From positions 1-64,000 of the forward strand of contig PS015062.1 of assembly GCA_048213135.1 (NCBI GenBank): a stretch of 64,000 bases of DNA, given 5' to 3'. The notes below the pieces were generated by a model that worked only from the letters and a program-made list of their open reading frames with translations, was not told the DNA's origin and searched no databases. This document shows, piece after piece, positions 53,448 to 64,000 of the stretch. Source of the DNA: Reclinomonas americana ATCC 50394 (Eukaryota). The number at the start of each line of letters is the position of its first letter. Position 1 is the stretch's first letter. A program made the translations under genes and the position numbers.

Positions 53448-54466
53448 ATGGAGAATCTGTTGGAGTACGTTGCCGCACACAAGCTGCTTGTGGCGGCCAT
53501 TGCCTCTGTGGCCGTGGCCGTGGCCGGTGTCATTGGCTGGTTGCTGCGTCCGCGTGAACCAACTGTCGTCCGTTGCGTGTGCGTGTGCGCCGCCATGCCC
53601 ATGCACATCCTCCCCCCCCCCTCCTCTCTCTCCGCTCACTTCCCTGTTGTGTTTGCCAGCGATGCACGAGTCGGAGTGGCGCCGCTTCCGGTTGATCGAC
53701 AAGGTGGCGATCACGACTGGCACGCAGTTCCCGGTGTCATTGTTCCGCTTTGCGTTGCCGGAGGGGCAGTCGCTGCAGCTGCCGATTGGTCATCACGTGC
53801 GTGTGCGTGCGCTGTTGGAGGTCGATGGTGCGCCAAAGATGGTCTCGCGCCCGTACACGCCGACGTCGACCAATGATCAGCTGGGCTCGTTTGATCTGGT
53901 CATCAAGGTGTACCCGCAGGGCCTGATGACCAAGCACTTTGAGTCGATGCAGGTCGGCGACACGATTGAGATGATCAAGCCTGTGGGAAGGTGTGCGCGC
54001 GGGTGAACACCACAGGCACTTGATAGCCGTGCTCAACATGCGTGCGCACAGAATGGAGTACCGCAAGAATCAGTACAAGCACATTGGCATGATTGCTGGT
54101 GGCACGGGCATTACGCCGATGCTGCAGGTGGCGGCCGAGATCCTGAAGCACGCCGACGATCACACGCGCGTCAGTCTGGTGTTTGCCAATCGCACCTTTG
54201 CCGATATCATTCTCAAGGAGAAGCTGGACGAGATGGCGGCCAGCTCCAACAAGCTCACCGTGCACTACGTGCTCGAGCAGCCTCCAGTGCCCGACTGGAA
54301 AGAGGGCGACATTGGGTTTGTCACGCCGGCCATTCTGCGACGCACCATGCCGCAACCAGGCGACGATTCCAAGGTTCTGCTGTGTGGACCACCGCCCATG
54401 CTCGCCGCCATGGATCGCGCGCTGGGCGAGCTCGGTTTCGCTGAGCAGCACATTTTCAAGTTTTGA
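53448..54466 (+). CDS. NADH-cytochrome b5 reductase with N-terminal membrane anchor, 3 exons
   Basis: FRFALP, LPIGHHV, RPYTPTS, IKVYPQGLMT, GMIAGGTGITPMLQ, FANRT, CGPPPM, terminal FKF. Confidence 0.95.
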
Positions 54467-54877
54467 GCTGCCACGCGCAGCAGAAGAGGAGAGTCGAATA
54501 AAGGTGGTGGTGTGTTTTGTGTGCAGATCGAGATGATGAGATCAGATCGATCGTCAAGGCCAAGAGCGATCAAGAAGCAAGGTACTCAGTGTTAACTTGC
54601 CGGTGCACAAGAAGCTGAGCAGCGAAGTCGATCATGATACTTGCAATGGTGTCGGTGATTGCCAGTCGCTGATCATGAGGCGTATTATCGCTCTTTGATC
54701 CTTCAAAGCAATTTCTTTGCGTATAACCACTGTCCCATGACACGCACACTTCTTTCTCCCTCCTCGCCTCGCCCTCACTCTTGCCTTCGTGTCAATGAAA
54801 CCGACAATGCGCGGGAATTCCATTCGGCCAACCGACCAACCGACCAGGGCGTTATCGTTTCATCACACACACACAAA

Positions 54878-55148
54878 ATGTCTGACTTGACCGCTGAGGA
54901 AGAGCGCGATCGCCGCATTGAGGCGCGTCAGGAGGGAAGGCGAAGAAAAGCCGAGGAGAAGTCAAGTTGCGCAAGAGAGAAAAGAGTGCACTGTGTCTCT
55001 CACTCACACTCACTCACACTCTCTCACTCACAGAGACTGAGGAGGCTGAGAAGCAGGCAGGTGCAGTGGCTGATGTGGGCCTCGGTGTGCGACAAATCCG
55101 CGAGAGTAAGGCGCACTTGGACAACCTGAAGGTGACGATCAAACACAA

Positions 55149-55182
<34 letters not shown>

Positions 55183-57697
55183 GCAGAGAGAGACAGTGAG
55201 TATATGTGTGTGAGAGAGGCTCTCCCGCTCACTCATCCTCTTCCCTTCCTTCACTCTCCCTCTCTCTCCCTCCCCACTCACTCCCTTTTCTCTCTCAGCG
55301 AGTGACCGAGGACCAAGTGACGCGCATCCGCATCGAGACCGACCAGTCGGAGAATGAGCGGCGCACGCTGGAGGAGCACATGGCGCAAGAGCGACTGAAG
55401 AAGCTGCGAGAGGAGTCGTCGACCTCGTCGAAACGCAACGCCACTGTCAGCATGCGATGGCAGGCGTTGTATGACATTTCGCAGCCGCAGCAGCTGCATA
55501 GTGAGCTGGAGCAGCAGCGAGAGGCGTGTGAGTTGATCATTGCCTCGAAGGATCGCCTGGTCAAGGACTTTCAAGGTGCGCCGTGCATGCTCAATCTCTC
55601 ACGCGATTGTCGCCTGTCACTCATCGCCAATGTGCATGCAGCGGAACTGAAGCGCAAGGACGACATGTACACCAAGGCGCTGCGCAAGCAGGCCGACGAC
55701 ATTGACAAGCTGCTGGCGCTCATGCAGAAGCAGACGCAGGATTTGCAGCGGCAGTACGACTCGGAGTTGGTCGACATTGAGACGTCGTTCAAGGAGGGGC
55801 GCAAGAAATTGCTCGACGAGACATCGTCGGAGCTGGAGGTGAGCGATGGAGCACGAACAGGCGTCGTCCAGCAGTGCAGCTCGTATCTCATGAGTGTGTG
55901 CACGTTCAGAGTCTGTGGGAGAAGCGACGGCACTTGGAGAAGACCAAGCTGGAGGACCGGCAGACGGCCATTGCCACGTACCAGAAAAACTTGGATGAGC
56001 TGCGACACAAGCTGGCCGAGGACTACCACTCGTTGCGCATGCAGCTGCAGCAGACGATTCACGGCCTCGAGCAGGAGCTGGAGGGCATGCGAGCCAAGTA
56101 CCAACTCAACCTGGAGAAGCTCAAGTACAACTTCCAAGTGCTGAACGAGCGCGTGGCGGAGAACAACGAGACCATCACCCACTACAAGAAGCGTATCACG
56201 CGCTTGCAAGACCTGTTGAGCAAGTTTATGGCCAAGTACGCTTCGTCGGACAAGAAGTACAAGAAGGAGAATGCGGAGCTGACGGCGGCGTACAACAAGC
56301 TCACGCTGCAGTACAAGGTTCGTACGTTCATTGGCGTTCCTGATGCCATCGCGACCGTCGTTGTGCTCAACCTCGTTACACACAGGAACTGCAAAAGAAG
56401 TTTAGGCATTTCGAGATCGCCGATCAGGCCAAGTACGAGGAGGTGTGGCGCATGAATGATGACATTGTGCAAGAGTTGCGACGATCGCTGTTGGACGCCG
56501 ATCGAATCCTGCACGAGCAGCAGCTGGGTGTGGCGTGGACGGAACCGACTGCTGACGAGCATGGCATGCGGTCGGCATCACCACACACGCTGGCGACCTC
56601 TATTCTCACGGGCACTGGCGATGGATCACGGGGTCGACCAGGCGACAGCAGTGGCGGGCAGGGCGGACAGGAGGATGGGTCGGCGTCGGGAGGAGGTTTG
56701 CATGACGGCACTGTTCGATTCACTCACTTTTCTTCGCTGACGGTGTGTCGTGCAGCTGCCGAGCCCATGTCGGAGCAGGCGGAGATTCTCGGCAAGGTAC
56801 TGAGCCTGGTCGGCGACGAACTCGGTTTCTTGGTGGACGACCGATTGGCGGAGTTTGCCGACAATCTGCCGCACGAGGAGGGCAACCTGATCAAAGTGAG
56901 TGGGAGGAGGTTGCAGGATGACCGGAAACACAGCGGTGCTGAGGAGTGTGTACGCCACAGTTGAACAGCATTCTGGAGGCTCTGGGTGCCACCACCCAGG
57001 AGGACATTTCAGCCATGGTGCCGTTCTTTGTCGACAAGGATGCGGGGTATGTGGACCACGTGTGCTCTCACTATGGAGCGCATTCAGTGTTCTGATAAAG
57101 GCCCGCAGTGACTACTCGGGCGAGACATTTATCACACACGAGGTGGTGGTCAAGGCTGTGCGCGATTTTGTGGAGGAGCAACATCGGAAATTGGCTCGCC
57201 AAATCTGTGCGTCCTTCACTGCTCACTCGCCGTTTGCTTTTTCTCTGCGATCACTGATGGCGAGTGTCGTACAGCTCGTGCCAATGTCACCATCTCGGCC
57301 GAGGAACAGGCTCGCGCACGCGCCAAGATTCAAGAGAAGCAGTACTGGGAGCGTGCTTCGGTGGTGCTACCCGACGGTCGCCGCCGTCTGTGGAATGTGC
57401 GTGGTGGCGGACACGAAGCATGCTTCCATCCACAGTGCGCTCTCTTTGCTTACCGGGTGTGTGTTGCAGGGACTGGAGAAGGGACTGGGACTCTACAATC
57501 AAGTGCTAATTGAGCGCGCCGAGTTGATGGAGCAGACAGATGGGCTGCGCCAGCAGAACGACGAACTGCGGTTGCTGCTGAACCAGTATTTGAGTGCCAA
57601 GATCAACGAGGAGTTGCAGGTGCCGCCCATGGCCACGCTGGGTGCGGCTGCCGGAAGCGGCAGTGGCAGCGGCAACGGCAATGGTCTCTTCCGATAA
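54878..57697 (+). CDS. DRC1: Dynein regulatory complex subunit 1 (CCDC164), about 12 exons
   Basis: IIASKDRLVKDFQ, ELKRKDDMYTKALRKQADDID, YQLNLEKLKYNFQVL, FRHFE, YNQVLIER...LRQQNDELRLLLNQYLSAKINEELQVPP. Confidence 0.93.
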
Positions 57698-57779
57698 GTG
57701 AGATCGGCGCCCCAGTGTGCGTGTACGTGTGTGTGTATTGTGCGCAAAATGAACAGGTCAAAGTGGTGATGGTACGCGA

Positions 57780-58865
57780 TCACGGTCGCTTGGCTGCCGC
57801 CGTGGTGGCGCTGGAGGCCTCTTGCAGTTGGCGCCGGAGTGCTTGGATTTCACGCTCGAACGTGATTTTCTGCTGCATGAGGCGCTTCTTGTACGTGTCC
57901 ACCAGTGCTGCAGAGTCGGCGGTGTTGCCAGATGCACTTGCCGTAGTGCCAGCACCAGTCGTGGCAGCAGCAGCGGAAGCCGCGGCTGCTGTGGAAGTGG
58001 CATGCAGGCGTGCCCGATGCAGTTCCTGCTGGTACTGCTCCCGCGCCGCATTGAGGGCGTGGTTGAGTCGCGCCACCTCTTCGTCACGCTCCGCGAGCGA
58101 CGTGCGAAACTGTTCCTCACGCTCGCGAGCTGCAGACGCAAGATGACGATGAGCTCACCGCGGCAGTCATGGCTCACGCACGGACATTCCTCACCGCGCA
58201 GCGTGGCCATGTCGTTCTCGGTGCCAAGAAAGTGGACTGTATCGTGCGCCTCCTGCAGCTCCACGTTCATGCTCTCGCGCAGTCGCTCGCTCTCCTCCAG
58301 TCGAGCCTGCACCTCCAGCAGCCGATCTGTGCCACAACGTCAACATTTCCACTCGTGACAGGCATCGTACACGGCACATGGACTCTACCTTGCAGCTCGC
58401 GCTTCTCACTGGCCGCCGCCCCATGCACTCGTTCCAATTCAACCTGCCACCTTTGCGTGGTCTCGGCCTCTGTGCGTCGCCACGTGGCCGATTCGTCGCG
58501 TAAACGCTCGGCTTCGCGCGCCAGTTGTGCCAGATCGGCGAGCGAGCGTTGTAGAGCGGTGGACAGTGCGCGTTCCTGTGCCATTTCTGTCGCGCGCGAG
58601 ACAGGTGAACTTCAATGGTGTGTTCTGCATGCTTGTTGGTGGAAAGACGCACCATCTTGCAGTCTGCACACGATTTGCTGCTCTTCTTGCAGTTGTCGCT
58701 TGACAGACTTGTGCTCCTGCTTACAGGTCTCCAATTGAAGCTCCAACTGTGTTCGCTCCTGCTGAACATTTGAGACATTTGTCGTCGGTTTGTGTGTGTG
58801 CGATGTACACGCACCTCAATAGCCTGTTGCATCAGTGAGACGACTGTCGTGCGCATGTGCTCCAT
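57780..58865 (-). CDS. Hypothetical coiled-coil protein, 5 exons
   Basis: MEHMRTTVVSLMQQAIE|QERTQLELQ...YKKRLMQQKITFEREIQALRRQLQE; GT-AG junctions in frame. Confidence 0.65.
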
Positions 58866-59523
58866 GGCGGGCAGATGAAAGTTAAGCAAGGGGAAGTCGG
58901 TCGACTATCGATCCGATCACGATGCTTCAAGTGCGCCGGTTTGTTCGATCGTGGCTTCGATCACTTTGTCGCGTATCGTCGATGTCTGTGCTCGAGGAGG
59001 AGATCTCCTCGTCGCGGTGCATGCGACTTGGTGTGTTGGCTTTCCAGTTTTTGTCATTGTGTTCGAGTTTGCAGCAATGATTCGGTCATAACAACAGCAG
59101 CTTCGTATGTTGGTGACTGAGTTCATTCGTGCTCAATATCAACACAATCGCCACTCCTGACGACAGCAGCAGCATGTTTTCCTGGTGTTCGCACTTGGAG
59201 CACGAGGTGCGGACAAGTCGATCTGCATCGCATACGCATGCGACAGCGACTGTTCCCTACGTGCTATGACCCCGACATACACATACTGCATCGCAGAGGC
59301 GATGTGCACCATGCCAGCAAAGTGCTTCATCGCGATCGGACGAGCTTCAAGTCGGTTTTTCCGACGTCGACCCGAGATCGGCGCGAGTTGTTTATCGATA
59401 GATTCCCTCCGGGTCGTCACGCGGAGGAGCGAGAGTAAGAGAGGGAGAGAGGCAGTAGCACCTCTTCTTCGCGTGCGTGAGCGACTTCCGATCGTGATCG
59501 TCCCACACACACTTTCGATATCG

Positions 59524-61929
<2,406 letters not shown>

Positions 61930-62153
61930 ATAGATGCCGTAGTGAAAACACGCACCACGAGATCGCACACGGGTTAACCAATGATACGAAATCGTGTTTC
62001 ACTCTATGCGAGCACAAGAAAGACACACACACCTAACCCACACACAACACACACACACACACACACGTAAATGCACAACACACACAGATGTATTCGTCGA
62101 CATGCAAGCCGCGTTTTGATTCTCGCCGTTACCAGCAGGTGCCTAGGAGCAAA

Positions 62154-63659
62154 TTACCACTCCTCCTCACTGTCAGAGTCGCTGCGAGCACGCGCCTGCG
62201 TTGGCGGCGGCGGCGGCAACAGGGGCTGAGCGGGCGCAGCGACCGGCTCTGCCGCGGGCTCGGCGTGCGCAGCTGGTGCGGGCTCCGGCTCGGCGTGGTG
62301 CACCACAGGCTCCGGCTCGGCGTGGACTGGCTCTGGCTCCGCATGCACTGGCTCTGGCTCGGCGTGGACTGGCTCTGGCTCAGCATGCACTGGCTCTGGC
62401 TCCACGTGCACTGGGGCTGGCGGTGGCGGGGCAACGACTGGGGCTGGGGCTGGGGCTGGGGCCGGTGCAGGCGCTGGAGCTGGGGCTGGGGCGGGAGCAG
62501 GTGCTGGGGCCGGAGCAGCGAGCGGCTTGGGGGCCGGCTGTGTGAGCTGCATGAGTGACAACAAGCGAGCCACAGCCACCACCACCACCAACAACAACAG
62601 TACGACAGACGCAACAGCAGCAGCAGGCGGAGCCGCGGCGGCAGCCGACGCGCTTGGGCCAGCGCGCGAGCCCGACGCACCAGAACCCGGAGTGATGTAG
62701 CTCACGTTGCCGTAGTTGGCACCCATCGACTTGACCACCTTGTCCATGATGGCAGCCTCGTCAAAGTCGCCCGGCTCAGCAGCCTGCCACTCGACATTGA
62801 TGCCCTGTGCACATACACATACCATGAGACCCCGACATGGAATACCGACAACCAGCATGTATGCATGCAATCACCTGGAACAGGTTGGGCAAGTCGTTGT
62901 TGTAGCCCATGGCCGCACCACGCTTGAGCGGAGACACGCGCTCGCCCACCCACTTGACCAGCACAAACTTGGCGCGCTTCGACAGCTCATCGCCCGTCGC
63001 AATGCGAATCGTCGCAAATTGCACCTGCGCAATGCACAAATATGGTAAAAATGTCGGGAATTCACCAACCAAGAGAGATTGCGGCAAAAGGCGTACCTTG
63101 GTCACATCCATCTTGGCCTTCACGTGCGACAGCACAGCGTCGGCGCCGACAGCGCCCTTGTCTTGCACAATGAGGCGCTCCTTGTCAGCGGGAGAGATCT
63201 GCCATGCACACACACACACGCGCACACACGTTTAGCATGAGCGTGCGCGCATGGAGCACAAGAGACACAGAGACGCAGAGAGAGAAGAGAGAGCGTGCGC
63301 GCGTCAGTTGGTCTGAACTGCACGACGGAACATTTCACAACCCACACACTAACTCTTACACGCACACACACGCGCGCACAGAGCACACACACACATGCAA
63401 GAGTCACAGCGCATGCACACACACAAAGGGCAAGCAAGTCGGGTGCGGGGGGAGGGAAGAGGAGGAAGAAGGGTGAAGTTTCATGGTGCCATGACCACAC
63501 AAACCTCGTACAACACATCTGCGCCGCGCGAGGAGACGTGAGTGTATGAGAAAAGAGCGCGCACACACAGAGAGAGGGAAAAACGCAACAGTTGAGCGTG
63601 CCCTCGCGCAGCTGCTCGTACGCAGACGACTCGTTGCCAGACAAGAACTGAAGCGGCAT
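62154..63659 (-). CDS. Coactosin/ADF-H domain actin-binding protein with Pro/Ala-rich and acidic tail, 6 exons
   Basis: TGDELSKRAKFVLVKWVGERVSPLKRG and VKSMGANY are coactosin-type motifs; tail has (PA)n, HAEPEPV repeats, PPPPP, SDSDSEEEW*. Confidence 0.85.
62283..62412 (-). repeat. Coding 21-bp tandem repeat (about 5-6 copies of HAEPEPV)
   Basis: Repeated ctggctctggctc..cgtg/gcatg units on the + strand; PVHVEPEPVHAEPEPVHAEPEPVHAEPEPVHAEPEP. Confidence 0.85.
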
Positions 63660-63801
63660 GTTTGCTGTTGTGTGTGTGCGTGTGCGGTGATCTGCATGCA
63701 CGTAAGCACACAAGCAGAGAGAGAACACAGTGTGAGCGCTGTGCTCACCCGAAGCGGTGCCGTATAGTGAGAGAGTGGATTTTGGACGTTCATCGAGTCA
63801 A

Positions 63802-64000
63802 TCAACGTCGGAAGAAGCCTCTTATTAATGGCCGCGCCGCGCAAGACGTTCTCATACGCAGCAGCAGCTGCCAGTGCGCCTGCTCCTGTTGCTGTTGTCG
63901 ACATTCCCGCTGTTCCTGCGCATGAGGAGCATACAGTCACGACAACAACGACAACAACAGCTGCTGCTGCTGTCGTGCCTGACAGTGCATCCTCCGCTGC
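63802..64000 (-). CDS. Possible last exon(s) of a gene entering from beyond the window; frame and stop not resolved
   Basis: Acceptor-like tcctcatgcgcag near 63916 followed by open frames; no recognisable motif. Confidence 0.25.

Noticed and set aside
54533-54619. Possible box C/D snoRNA (ATGATGA...CTGA); similar candidate near 59077-59160
   Set aside because: No terminal stem or rRNA-complementary guide that I could recognise; needs snoscan/Infernal.

Overview
Gene-dense, GC-rich nuclear DNA of an intron-rich, flagellated microbial eukaryote. It uses the standard genetic code, and most introns are about 55-90 nt, GT-AG and often CA/GT- or CT-repeat rich. I reconstructed 24 spliced genes by hand: GH3 glycosidase (partial), EMB2735-like, ALG3, RPS24, DIS3, MSH3, HIBADH, an SLC18B1-like MFS transporter, WDR37, mitochondrial S21, SEC31, a VPS9-domain GEF, ABRACL/Costars, NADH-cytochrome b5 reductase, DRC1, high-Mr thioredoxin reductase, a coactosin-like protein and seven hypothetical proteins. 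Most long ORFs in the supplied track are intron read-through or antisense artefacts. The strongest unexplained signal is a second, abundant class of 5' splice site. About 31 introns start GTTGCG (the usual GTGCG with one extra T), and every one follows an exon ending in A, C or T, never G. Parallel GTTACG, GTTGAG and GTTTCG forms also occur. Also notable: a thioredoxin reductase ending in a non-selenium GGCPSCA tail, 50-67 bp divergent spacers sharing CGCGAG, near-strict strand alternation, and a duplicated micro-exon pair. Gene identities come from recognised motifs, not database searches.
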